A stretch of 64,000 nt of DNA from an uncultured Clostridia bacterium (GCA_944349765.1 CALVNN010000001.1:749-64748), one strand, 5' to 3'. Positions 1 through 9,145 are shown, numbered from the stretch's first letter. Notes: generated by a model not told the origin, from the sequence alone. Made by a program: numbers and translations.

Positions 1-1574
1 ATAACCTACTAGTATGTAGATACGTTTATGACGCCTTAAGTAGAATAATCCGTGAAGACAATAAGCTATTTGGTAAGACCTACATGTGGACTTATGACGC
101 AGGTGGAAATATACTAAATAGATTTGAGTATGACTTCACCTTAAGAGACGAACTCAGAGATAAGACCCCGACTATTATTCCATACACATATTCAAATGAC
201 TTCACTTCCTTATTCTTGACGAATAGAGGCTATACCGACCAACTTATGTCTTACAATGGACAAACGTTTACATACGACACTCTAGGCAATCCGACTATTT
301 ACAAAGGAGTTAATCTAACTTGGAGTAGAGGTAGACAGTTAGTGTCTTACGGAGACATAGCCTCATATACATATAACGTTAGTGGCATTCGCACCAGTAA
401 ACAAGTAGGCAACACCACGACAAACTATTTCCTAGACGGGACTAGGATAATAGCTCAAGTAGATACAGTCACTGGAGTAGACGATACTACGGTCACTACC
501 ACCACCGAATATATCTACGGAGCAGATGGTATTACAGGGTTTTTGCTAAATGATACACCGTATTACTACAAGAAGAATCTTCAAGGTGACATCATAGCTA
601 TTTTAGACAAAGATTTACAAATAGTGACAAAATACACATACGACGCCTGGGGAAATTGCAAGACATTTTATCTAAATAACGGAAATTTTGTTGACATAGA
701 TAGTACTATAAGTTATACTGAGACTAATGCAGAGAATGCAGAACCAGTAGACTATAGATACATAGCCATTAAAAATCCATTTAGGTATAGGGGTTACTAT
801 TTCGACATTGAGACAGGACTTTATTATCTGAATAGCCGATATTACGACCCAGAGATTGGCAGGTTTATTAACATAGATGACATAAGTATTTTGAGTGAAA
901 CTCAGAATATGTTCAATGGTCTTAATCTGTATGCATATTGCGGTAATAATCCTATAATGTATACGGATGAAAATGGCTATTTCTTTGGGCTATTGATTAC
1001 TTCTTTAATTTTAGGAGCCTTATTTGGTGGTGGTATAAAAGGGTATACCGCATACAAAGAGGGAGTTAGAGGCTGGAACCTATTCGGAGCCATCCTTGGC
1101 GGAGCTATATTTGGTGCAGCTATGGGTGCTGTCACTGCTCTTGGTGGTGCTGCTGGCTTAGCTAGTACCAGTATGTTTTCAGCAATCACTTTTGGTCAGG
1201 CATTTGCATTATCCGCTGGTGTTGGAATAATTGCTGGATGGTTTTCATATTCAGTAGAAAGTGCAATAAGAACAGATCAACAATGGTCAATACATGGCTT
1301 TGCGTCTGCTGGAATTTCTGGAGCTACTCAATCATTAGTAACGGTATTTATTAGTGCTTTAGGCGGGGCTGTGGGATTGTTTGATAAAACTATTCTTAAG
1401 ACTATTAAGGGCGCTCAAACAATAGATATGAATATTACGTATGCTATGTCCAAAGTATTATTCTTGAAGCGCCGATTTGCTTTAACGCCAGCAAAAGAAT
1501 TTATTTATAAATTAATAGGCGTTAGTGCTTTTGCTGGAGGTCTTAGAGCATTAATAACTGAATTATTTAATTAA
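1..1574 (+). CDS. RHS/YD-repeat polymorphic toxin, C-terminal portion (5' end outside the window), ending in a glycine-zipper-rich hydrophobic toxin domain
   Basis: Frame is already open at base 3 (NLLVCRYVYDALSRIIRED precedes the listed Met at 84). YD repeats YDAGGN, YDTLGN, YDAWGN. RHS core-end signature RYYDPEIGRFINIDD...LYAYCGNNPIMYTDENG. The last ~200 aa are GxxxG-rich hydrophobic segments. Confidence 0.85.
   Translation, partial: NLLVCRYVYDALSRIIREDNKLFGKTYMWTYDAGGNILNRFEYDFTLRDELRDKTPTIIPYTYSNDFTSLFLTNRGYTDQLMSYNGQTFTYDTLGNPTIYKGVNLTWSRGRQLVSYGDIASYTYNVSGIRTSKQVGNTTTNYFLDGTRIIAQVDTVTGVDDTTVTTTTEYIYGADGITGFLLNDTPYYYKKNLQGDIIAILDKDLQIVTKYTYDAWGNCKTFYLNNGNFVDIDSTISYTETNAENAEPVDYRYIAIKNPFRYRGYYFDIETGLYYLNSRYYDPEIGRFINIDDISILSETQNMFNGLNLYAYCGNNPIMYTDENGYFFGLLITSLILGALFGGGIKGYTAYKEGVRGWNLFGAILGGAIFGAAMGAVTALGGAAGLASTSMFSAITFGQAFALSAGVGIIAGWFSYSVESAIRTDQQWSIHGFASAGISGATQSLVTVFISALGGAVGLFDKTILKTIKGAQTIDMNITYAMSKVLFLKRRFALTPAKEFIYKLIGVSAFAGGLRALITELFN
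81..768. repeat. Direct repeat copy A (RHS core segment), near-identical to 2180-2869
   Basis: Nucleotide and protein colinearity with 2180-2869: WTYDAGGNIL...VDYRYIAI versus WSYDAGGNIL...VDYRYMAI. Only scattered substitutions. Confidence 0.9.
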
Positions 1575-1584
1575 TGGAGGTACT

Positions 1585-2079
1585 ATGGTAGAGTTTAATG
1601 GCATTATAGCTAGTTCGACTAAATATAGAATAGAAAAAAACCGCATGAGACCAGTAGCTTGGATATTGTTAATATTTATAGTTTTTAATATAATTTTTAT
1701 ATCAATAAGTTGGCCTATAAATTCAGAAGATGAAACTATAATTTTAGTGTTTACGATAATTTTATTTATAATAGACATATTAATTTTTATTTGGCCATTT
1801 AAATTTAATACAGCTGAGTGGTTAGTTAATGTTAAAATAGAAAGTAATTTTATTGAATATAGCCCACCTTTATCTGTTGAATTAAGAACAATACCACTAG
1901 AAAAAATAAAAAAAGTAATAGATGAAGGAGATTGTTATCATATTATTTATGCGGAATATTCAAACTCTATCATATGTCAAAAAGACTTGTTAGTGCAAGG
2001 TACTCTAGAAGAATTTGAAGAAATTTTCAAAGATAAATTAGTTAGGAAGATAAAGGTTAAATCAGACAAAACAAAATAA
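1585..2079 (+). CDS. Putative cognate immunity protein of the RHS toxin (two TM helices plus a small soluble domain)
   Basis: Starts 10 nt after the RHS stop, behind a GGAGG RBS. Hydrophobic helices AWILLIFIVFNIIFISI and ILVFTIILFIIDILIFIW. The position is typical of toxin-immunity pairs. No recognisable family motif. Confidence 0.55.
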   Translation: MVEFNGIIASSTKYRIEKNRMRPVAWILLIFIVFNIIFISISWPINSEDETIILVFTIILFIIDILIFIWPFKFNTAEWLVNVKIESNFIEYSPPLSVELRTIPLEKIKKVIDEGDCYHIIYAEYSNSIICQKDLLVQGTLEEFEEIFKDKLVRKIKVKSDKTK

Positions 2080-2101
2080 AGACATCTCCTAATAAATATA
2101 T

Positions 2102-2134
2102 AGCTATAGAACAAGTAAGTTCTATAGCTTTTTT
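2102..2134 (+). terminator. Rho-independent terminator after the immunity gene
   Basis: 11-bp stem AGCTATAGAAC/GTTCTATAGCT followed by TTTTT. Confidence 0.65.
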
Positions 2135-2176
2135 ATGCTATGTGTAAAAAAATATTATCCACTAGGAAATCATTAA

Positions 2177-2887
2177 TACACTTACACGTGGAGTTATGAC
2201 GCAGGGGGTAATATATTATGTAGACTTGAATACGACTTCACCTTAAGAGACGAACTCAGAGACAAGACTCCAACTATTATTCCATACGCTTACTCAAATG
2301 ACTTCACTTCCTTATTCTTGACGAATAGAGGCTATACCGACCAGCTTATGTCATACAAAGGGGAGACGTTTAAGTATGACAGCCTAGGCAATCCTACCAC
2401 CTATAGAGACAATACTTTAGTGTGGGAACGAGGTCGTCATCTCAAGTCATTTGGAGACAAAGCCACATATACCTATAATGTCAGTGGGATTCGCACCAGT
2501 AAACAAGTAGGCAACACTACGACAAATTATTTCCTAGACGGGACTAGGATATTAGCTCAAGTAGATACAGTCACTGGGGTAGACGATACTACGGTCACTA
2601 CCACCACTGAGTTTATCTACGGAGCAGATGGTATTACAGGCTTTGTATTAGAAGGCATTCCATATTATTACAAGAAGAACCTTCAAGGCGACATAATAGC
2701 TATTTTAGACAAAGATTTACAAATAGTGACAAAATACGTATACGACGCCTGGGGAAATTGCAAGACATTTTATCTAAATAACGGAAATTTTGTTGACATG
2801 GATGGTGCTATAAGTTATACTGAAAATAGTGCAGAAAATGCAGAATCAGTAGACTATAGATACATGGCAATACCAGATGATAAATAA
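2177..2887 (+). pseudogene. Orphan RHS core fragment: no start codon, no core-end motif, no toxin tip
   Basis: Frame opens directly after a TAA at 2174. No ATG or RBS before the homology. The listed ORF start at 2318 is an internal TTG. The sequence is a paralogue of RHS residues encoded by 81-768, then diverges to AIPDDK-stop where the main gene continues AIKNPFRYRGYYF. Confidence 0.75.
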
Positions 2888-2981
2888 ATTAAAGCTTATG
2901 ATATCCAATAATCTAAATGAGAAAATAAAAGCAATATCATGGGTTGGGTGGATTGCTAGAATTTTTCAGTAGGTGTATAAT

Positions 2982-3620
2982 ATGAAAATTAACTTTCCTT
3001 TAAGATTACAAAAAAATATGAAAGATGAAAAAATAACGAAAAATAGTATTAAATCCATAATAAAATGTGATTGTTGCGAAAGTGATACTTTTTTAGTATA
3101 TAAAAATTCTATTGATAAGGAAAAAGAAAAAAATCAAGAAAATGAAAAAAAAGAGATAGAAAAATTTCTTAAAAAACATCCTATTCTTTCATATGTAATT
3201 GCTTCTGATAAGGAAGGTAGAACTTATTTAAGAGGTACATTTTTTGATATACCTGTAACAAAAAAAATATATTTACCTGAAACTTTTGATGGAAACCAAA
3301 GAATTATAGTAAAAGCAAAATGCGTATGTTGCAATAATGAAGTTGTACTATATGATAGCTTTCTTGATGGTTATGATGCCATTATAGAAAATGTTTTAAA
3401 AGAAAATACTAATGAGGATTGTGGTTTTGAAGCCATTTCAGATATACCACAAAAAATAAATGTACAAATCTATAATTATGAAACCTTTGAAGAATTTAAA
3501 GAAAATACAGAACTAAAAAATATAGAAGATTATTATAATGGATATGGAGCAATAAAAATAACTTTAATTAATCCACAAAATAATAGAAGAAATATAATAT
3601 TAAATGAAGAAACGCGCTAG
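2982..3620 (+). CDS. Hypothetical Cys-pair protein (candidate orphan immunity protein)
   Basis: ATG at 2982 six nt after AGGTG. Two Cys clusters (KCDCCESD, KCVCCNNE). Lys/Glu-rich. No recognised family. Confidence 0.5.
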   Translation: MKINFPLRLQKNMKDEKITKNSIKSIIKCDCCESDTFLVYKNSIDKEKEKNQENEKKEIEKFLKKHPILSYVIASDKEGRTYLRGTFFDIPVTKKIYLPETFDGNQRIIVKAKCVCCNNEVVLYDSFLDGYDAIIENVLKENTNEDCGFEAISDIPQKINVQIYNYETFEEFKENTELKNIEDYYNGYGAIKITLINPQNNRRNIILNEETR

Positions 3621-3781
3621 TAGATAATCTTGGCCCTTTAGCATTAAAGGAGGTAAGAAGGAATAGCTATAAAGCTTATTCATTGAATAGAATAATGGAA
3701 GTTGTGTTTAATGCTAATTATAAATTTAGATTATGTATATATGGATTTATAATTTCAGCTTCACTAACAGGATGGTATTAA

Positions 3782-4324
3782 ATGAAAAAAACGAAATTAA
3801 GTGTGGATATGCTTTATTCAAAGATTTTAGTTCTTTTTGCGACTATATTTTATTTAGCGGGCTTTATAGTCATTCTTGTTTGTTTGCATGATAATATAAT
3901 ATACACAATTTGTGCCTTTATAATTTTTTTGCCAGGTACTTTTATGTGCTTTTATGTTTTTCTCTTAACATTACAAGTAGCAATACTAGATAATAAAGGT
4001 ATTGTTTTTAAAAATATATTTAAAGTCGTTGGCGAGGTAAGGTGGGCAGAAATTAAAGATGTGAAAGTTATGAATCTAAAAACGTTGGAATCAAAAGGGG
4101 TGCCCGTTTTAGTCCAGTGGATAGTAATATTTACAGACATGGAACAAACAAGTATACCAAATATAAGCCAAATGATTGGTGGTGCTAATCAATCCAATAA
4201 ATCACCATACAAAATAAAAGCCTCTAAGAAAAATGTACGGATAATGAATGAATATTTACATAAATACCGTAGTGATTTATGGGTGCATCTAGATAAAGAC
4301 AAACCGAATACAAAGCATCATTAA
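3782..4324 (+). CDS. Hypothetical membrane protein, two TM helices plus a ~100-aa soluble domain (candidate orphan immunity protein)
   Basis: Same gross architecture as the 1585-2079 product (two N-terminal TM helices, then a beta-rich domain). Confidence 0.5.
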   Translation: MKKTKLSVDMLYSKILVLFATIFYLAGFIVILVCLHDNIIYTICAFIIFLPGTFMCFYVFLLTLQVAILDNKGIVFKNIFKVVGEVRWAEIKDVKVMNLKTLESKGVPVLVQWIVIFTDMEQTSIPNISQMIGGANQSNKSPYKIKASKKNVRIMNEYLHKYRSDLWVHLDKDKPNTKHH

Positions 4325-4340
4325 CAACACTTAATTTCAA

Positions 4341-4372
4341 AATAGCACGCTATTTTTAGCGTGTTATTTTTT
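4341..4372 (+). terminator. Rho-independent terminator
   Basis: Stem AATAGCACGCT/AGCGTGTTATT followed by a T-run. Confidence 0.6.
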
Positions 4373-4550
4373 ATAAGATACACCTCTAATTACGTAGGGG
4401 GAAATTTTAGAATATATTGTTATAACGGCACGAAATTCATTGACATGACCGACACTCGTGCTCTGTTTTCAATAAATACATTGTATTGCTTATAAGTTTA
4501 TTACTAAGCAAAAATGAATGGGAAACAATTTTGTATTGTTACTTAATAAA

Positions 4551-4617
4551 AACATACAAGATAGTATACAAGAAAACATACAAGATAGTTGACTTTAATA
4601 TGAAGATAAGGTATAAT
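4551..4617 (+). promoter_or_regulatory. Sigma-A-type promoter of the Fic gene, preceded by two identical 15-nt direct repeats
   Basis: TTGACT (4589-4594), 17 nt, TATAAT (4612-4617). AACATACAAGATAGT occurs at 4551-4565 and 4575-4589; the second copy abuts the -35 box. Confidence 0.6.
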
Positions 4618-4646
4618 CATATCATCAAAAAATAGTGAGGTTGGTT

Positions 4647-5636
4647 ATGGACGAAAAATATATTCCGCCTTATGATATAACTGATGAGATGTTAGAGTTA
4701 GTTTCAGAGATTATGGAAAATTTAGGTAAACTTAGTGGGGTTAAAGGACTTGAAAAATTACCAAGACTTCGCAGAGTGAATAGAATAAAATCTATTCATT
4801 CTACTCTTGCGATTGAAAACAATACTCTTTCTATTGAGCAGGTGACTGATGTCATTGATGGGAAACGAGTGCTTGGGCTTAAGGAAGATATAGTCGCAGT
4901 TCAAAATGCAAACTTGGCTTATAAAGAACTTGAAAATATAGATCCTTATAGCGTTGATGATTTGTTAAAAATCCATGGTATTATGATGAATGGACTTGTA
5001 AGCGAAGCAGGCAAAATAAGAACTAGACAAGTTGGTGTTTATAACGAGCACGGCAAAGTTGTTCATCTTGCCTCACCAGCGGAGTTTGTTCCCGAGCAAT
5101 TAGAACAACTTTTTGATTGGATAAGGACTAGCCCAGCAAATATGCTTATTAAGTCTAGTGTTTTTCATTATGAATTTGAGTTTATTCATCCTTTCAATGA
5201 TGGGAATGGAAGAATGGGAAGACTTTGGCAAACTGTGCTACTTGCAAGTTGGAGGTCAATCTTTGCTTGGATACCTATTGAAAGCATTATAAAAGACAAT
5301 CAAGAAGATTATTACAATGCAATAACTCTATCAACAAGTCAAGGCAAATCTAATATTTTTATTGTGTTTATGTTAGAAGTGATAAACAAGGCAATCAAAG
5401 ATATAATAACTGACACAAGAAATCACTATAACCATATCAATAATCAAATCACTCAGCTTATGAAAGTGATTGAAAGCTATCCACAATCTTCAATTGAACT
5501 TATGAAAAAACTAAACCTAAAGTCACGTGTAAGTTTTAGAAAAAACTACTTACAACCTGCCTTAGACGCTGGACTAATCGGCATGACCGAACCCGACACA
5601 CCAACCAGCAAAAATCAAAAATATTTTAGGCTTTGA
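4647..5636 (+). CDS. Fic family protein (class II, with N-terminal inhibitory helix)
   Basis: Fic active-site motif HPFNDGNGRMGR. Upstream inhibitory-helix motif TLAIEN, matching (S/T)xxxE(G/N). ATG at 4647 behind GTGAGG. Confidence 0.85.
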   Translation: MDEKYIPPYDITDEMLELVSEIMENLGKLSGVKGLEKLPRLRRVNRIKSIHSTLAIENNTLSIEQVTDVIDGKRVLGLKEDIVAVQNANLAYKELENIDPYSVDDLLKIHGIMMNGLVSEAGKIRTRQVGVYNEHGKVVHLASPAEFVPEQLEQLFDWIRTSPANMLIKSSVFHYEFEFIHPFNDGNGRMGRLWQTVLLASWRSIFAWIPIESIIKDNQEDYYNAITLSTSQGKSNIFIVFMLEVINKAIKDIITDTRNHYNHINNQITQLMKVIESYPQSSIELMKKLNLKSRVSFRKNYLQPALDAGLIGMTEPDTPTSKNQKYFRL

Positions 5637-5638
5637 AA

Positions 5639-5938
5639 TAGTAGCTATATCCTTGCTCCTGGGATGGTTCTTAACCTTTATCCAACTAGTAACCTAAGTA
5701 ATTCAACAGGTTCAAGGGAATTTTTTGAGACGGAATATGCCTTGAGTTTCATTAGTAGTTCGAATATTATGTTGCAGCGTCTAGCATCTGTACAGCCAAG
5801 TGCGGGAGCGACCGAAGTGAAACTGATTTGGCGTGGGACTGGAAGTAATTCTGTCGATGTGACAAATACAAGTTTATCCAGTATCAAAATATTTTATATT
5901 TCGGGTGCTACAATTGTATAGTGTATAAGGAGCTACTA
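5639..5938. other. Unassigned, visibly G+C-richer non-coding segment (candidate structured RNA, MITE-like element or gene remnant)
   Basis: No RBS-led ORF. The ends can pair: TAGTAGCT 5639-5646 with AGCTACTA 5931-5938, and CCTT 5651-5654 with AAGG 5927-5930. A terminator follows at 6020-6046. Confidence 0.3.
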
Positions 5939-6019
5939 AATTGATACAGACTAAGGTAATTAGATAACTAGTAAACAATATAAGATTTTACAAAAAGCAA
6001 TAAAGAAGCAAATAAATAA

Positions 6020-6046
6020 TGAAGCATTTAATGTGCTTCATTTTTG
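6020..6046 (+). terminator. Rho-independent terminator
   Basis: TGAAGCA/TGCTTCA stem followed by TTTTT. Confidence 0.65.
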
Positions 6047-6088
6047 TTTGGTGTGAGAATTAATATTGTTATATATAATGAAATAAAT

Positions 6089-6141
6089 GTACTTTAAGTG
6101 ATTTTAATTGACTTTTAAGTTGGGGTGTGATACTTTAAGTT
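6089..6141 (+). promoter_or_regulatory. Three ACTTT(T)AAGT boxes at ~20-21 bp spacing upstream of the ABC exporter
   Basis: gtACTTTAAGTg at 6089-6100, tgACTTTTAAGTt at 6109-6121, atACTTTAAGTt at 6130-6141. The last box ends 12 nt before the start codon. Confidence 0.4.
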
Positions 6142-6153
6142 GAGTAGGTGCAT

Positions 6154-7062
6154 ATGGGAAATATTATTGAAATTAAAAATTTGAAAAAGTATTATGGGGC
6201 GGTGAAAGCGGTCGACGATGTGTCTTTTGTTGTGAAGCAAGGGCAGTTGTTTGCGTTCTTGGGGCTTAATGGAGCCGGGAAAAGTACGACTATAAATATC
6301 CTTGTGGGAGTGCAACAAAAAGACGAGGGTGAATGCTATATTGATGGAAAATCAATTGATGACATATCTAGCATTTTGCCTGAGATAGGTATAGTATTTC
6401 AATCATCAATATTAGATAAAAAACTGACGGTATATGATAATTTAAGATACCGTGCTATGCTATATGACTTAAGCAAAGTAGAGTTTGAGAAAAATCTAAA
6501 GTTTTATACTGAAAAACTTGCACTTCAAGACATCTTAAAAAAGCCTATAGAAAAATTGAGTGGCGGACAAAAAAGAAAGGTGGATATAGCAAGGGCTCTT
6601 ATACATATGCCTAAAATATTGATATTAGACGAACCGACAACGGGTCTTGATCCTAAGACTAGAAAACTTGTTTGGGATCTTATAAATGAGCTTCGAAAAG
6701 AAAACAATTTGACGGTATTACTTACTACACATTATATGGAAGAGGCGAGTATAGCTGACTACGTTGTGATAATGGATAGCGGGAAAGTAGCTACACAAGG
6801 CACGCCTATAGAGCTGAAAAATCTTTATGCAAATGATAGTCTCAAATTATACAAATATGATGAAAAAATTTTGAAAGTATTAGATGAACTGCAACTTCCA
6901 TACCAAAAGAATAAAAATACTTTGGAGGTCAAATTCAAAGATACCTGCTCAGCTAAAAACTTTATTGTTAAAAATAAAAAGTTAATAGAGGATTTGGAGA
7001 TAGTAAAAGGCTCAATGGATGATGTATTTTTGAATGTTACGGGAAAGGAGCTTAGACAATGA
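6154..7062 (+). CDS. ABC transporter ATP-binding protein (ABC-2 exporter type)
   Basis: Walker A GLNGAGKST, signature LSGGQKRKV, Walker B ILILDEP. Confidence 0.9.
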   Translation: MGNIIEIKNLKKYYGAVKAVDDVSFVVKQGQLFAFLGLNGAGKSTTINILVGVQQKDEGECYIDGKSIDDISSILPEIGIVFQSSILDKKLTVYDNLRYRAMLYDLSKVEFEKNLKFYTEKLALQDILKKPIEKLSGGQKRKVDIARALIHMPKILILDEPTTGLDPKTRKLVWDLINELRKENNLTVLLTTHYMEEASIADYVVIMDSGKVATQGTPIELKNLYANDSLKLYKYDEKILKVLDELQLPYQKNKNTLEVKFKDTCSAKNFIVKNKKLIEDLEIVKGSMDDVFLNVTGKELRQ

Positions 7063-7982
7063 GAAGTGAATTAAAGAAGTTATATTATCTAACATCTAGA
7101 AATATTAAATTGTATTTCAAAGACAAAATGACATTTTTTGTGTCTTTAATAACTCCGCTTATACTACTCATATTGTTTATCACTTTTTTAAATTCGACTT
7201 ACCAAAGTACCATATTAGAGATAATTGGCGATTTTAGTATTGACGATAGATTGATTGATGGATTTACGGGGGGCTGGCTTTTTTCGTCAGTACTTTCGGT
7301 GTCTTGTATAACGGTCGCTTTTTGCTCTGGGATAATGATAATTGATAAAATCAACAAAGCAAACGTTGATTTTGTAGTAACACCTATCAAGAAATCAACT
7401 TTACAATTTAGCTACGTCTTGTCAAATCTTTTTTCTACTATGATAGTTTGTTTTGTGTTGCTTATCATTGGACTTATTTATTTATCTTTTGTTGGATTTT
7501 ATTTATCTTTTGTAGATATTCTTTTAATATTGGTCAATATCTTCATTACATCATTATTTGGCACCATCCTTGCTAATATAATTTGGAGTTTTACAAATTC
7601 ACAAGGCGTAATGAGTGGGATATGTACGCTTGTATCGGCATTATATGGATTTATATGCGGAGCCTATATGCCTATAAATACTATGGGTAGTGCTATGCAA
7701 GCTGTAACGGCTTTTTTACCAGGCACATATTCTACAATTCTTTTTAGACAAGGATTTTTAAGGGGTACACTTGATGAAATGAGTAATACTTTGCCACCTG
7801 AAATGATAGATGGAATAGCGACGGGGTTTGATTATAACTTTTCATTTTTTGGTGCAGATGTCTCTACACTAACAATGTTTTTAGTTGTTTTGGGTGCAAC
7901 TTTGATATTGCTTGGGGTACTCAAATTGATATCTAACATAAGATTGAAGAAAAAAGTTACAAAGGTTAAGACCATTCAGTAA
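7059..7982 (+). CDS. ABC-2 type transporter permease
   Basis: Overlaps the ATPase stop by 4 nt (ATGA). About six hydrophobic helices. Confidence 0.8.
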   Translation: MRSELKKLYYLTSRNIKLYFKDKMTFFVSLITPLILLILFITFLNSTYQSTILEIIGDFSIDDRLIDGFTGGWLFSSVLSVSCITVAFCSGIMIIDKINKANVDFVVTPIKKSTLQFSYVLSNLFSTMIVCFVLLIIGLIYLSFVGFYLSFVDILLILVNIFITSLFGTILANIIWSFTNSQGVMSGICTLVSALYGFICGAYMPINTMGSAMQAVTAFLPGTYSTILFRQGFLRGTLDEMSNTLPPEMIDGIATGFDYNFSFFGADVSTLTMFLVVLGATLILLGVLKLISNIRLKKKVTKVKTIQ

Positions 7983-8000
7983 AAAACTTTAATAAACTGT

Positions 8001-8026
8001 AAAATTGCCAGAATTGGCATTTTTTG
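8001..8026 (+). terminator. Rho-independent terminator
   Basis: TGCCA-GAAT-TGGCA hairpin followed by TTTTTT. Confidence 0.5.
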
Positions 8027-8239
8027 TATGTTTTGTTATTTTTATTTTTGTAGACAGTCGACAACTGATAAATGGTTCTTTAAATAATCCATTTTATAAG
8101 TTGTAATAGTTTTCTTTTTTTATTATGATATATGTAATGCTGTTTTGCTTGTGAAGTCATAAAGCAAGTTCCGCTAATTGTTCTAGATTTTTTCTAACAC
8201 AAGATAATGTGGGGTTTATTTGAGAAGTAAGGAGTGTAT

Positions 8240-9145
8240 ATGAAATATAACATCAGCAAAGAATTTGGTATATTTAGACATTTTCATTCGTCGTTAAATC
8301 CTTTAGTGCTAAGGTTTGCTAATGTATTTTTGACAATTATCCCTAAAGGAATGAAGTCTACATCAAATTTGTCAATTAATAAATTAAAAATTGCAATGCG
8401 GGATGGTAAGAAAATCAATATTTATATTATCAAGCCTAAAGACTCACAGAAAGACGTGCCTGTAATTTTTTATTTTCACGGCGGTGCTTTTGCTTTTAAG
8501 GGGGCACCTTATCATTATAAATACGCCAAGGAGTATGCTCAAAGAAGCAAAGCTATTGTAATCTATGTAGACTATAGATTATCTTATTGTTCACCCTTTG
8601 AGACGACGCTGAATGATTGTGTCGATGTGTATAAATACGTGCTTGATAACGCTAGGCTTATTGGCGTGGATACAGAAAGGATTGCGGTCGCTGGAGACTC
8701 TGCCGGTGGCTATTTGGCGGTTATGACCACCATAAAAGCAAAGGAGCTGGGACTTAAGTTACCTAAGCTTCAAATGTTGATATATCCCGTTCTAGATTCT
8801 AGGTGTAAAACCGCTTCAATGGAGATCTTTGTAGATACCCCATTTTGGAATGCAAAATTGAATAAAAAGATGTGGAAACTCTATTTGAAGGGTAATTATG
8901 TGCCTTCGCCTATAGAATTAAAAGATCTTTCTTTTATGCCCAAAACCTATATTGAAACGGCGGAGTTTGATTGTCTGCGTGATGAGGCAATAGAATTTTT
9001 TGACAAAATTCAAGGTACGGCTTCGGGTTCAGTGCTTTTTCAGACAAAGCAAACAATGCATGGCTATGATATTTTTAGCAAAAGCAAGATAACAAAAGCT
9101 TCACTTGAAAGAAGATTTGAGTTTTTAAACACCATAAATAGCTAA
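8240..9145 (+). CDS. Alpha/beta hydrolase, hormone-sensitive-lipase-type esterase
   Basis: Oxyanion motif FHGGAF and nucleophile elbow GDSAGG. ATG at 8240 follows AGGAG. Confidence 0.8.
   Translation: MKYNISKEFGIFRHFHSSLNPLVLRFANVFLTIIPKGMKSTSNLSINKLKIAMRDGKKINIYIIKPKDSQKDVPVIFYFHGGAFAFKGAPYHYKYAKEYAQRSKAIVIYVDYRLSYCSPFETTLNDCVDVYKYVLDNARLIGVDTERIAVAGDSAGGYLAVMTTIKAKELGLKLPKLQMLIYPVLDSRCKTASMEIFVDTPFWNAKLNKKMWKLYLKGNYVPSPIELKDLSFMPKTYIETAEFDCLRDEAIEFFDKIQGTASGSVLFQTKQTMHGYDIFSKSKITKASLERRFEFLNTINS

Noticed and set aside
3695-3781. 29-codon hydrophobic ORF (MEVVFNANYKFRLCIYGFIISASLTGWY) whose stop is immediately followed by the start of the 3782 gene (TAAATG)
   Set aside because: It has no clear RBS at the right distance and is too short to support. 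It might be a leader peptide, but the evidence is insufficient.
5664-5921. 85-aa plus-strand ORF and the overlapping 69-aa minus-strand ORF
   Set aside because: There is no Shine-Dalgarno sequence, the two ORFs overlap each other, and no motif is present. The region is reported instead as an unassigned non-coding element.
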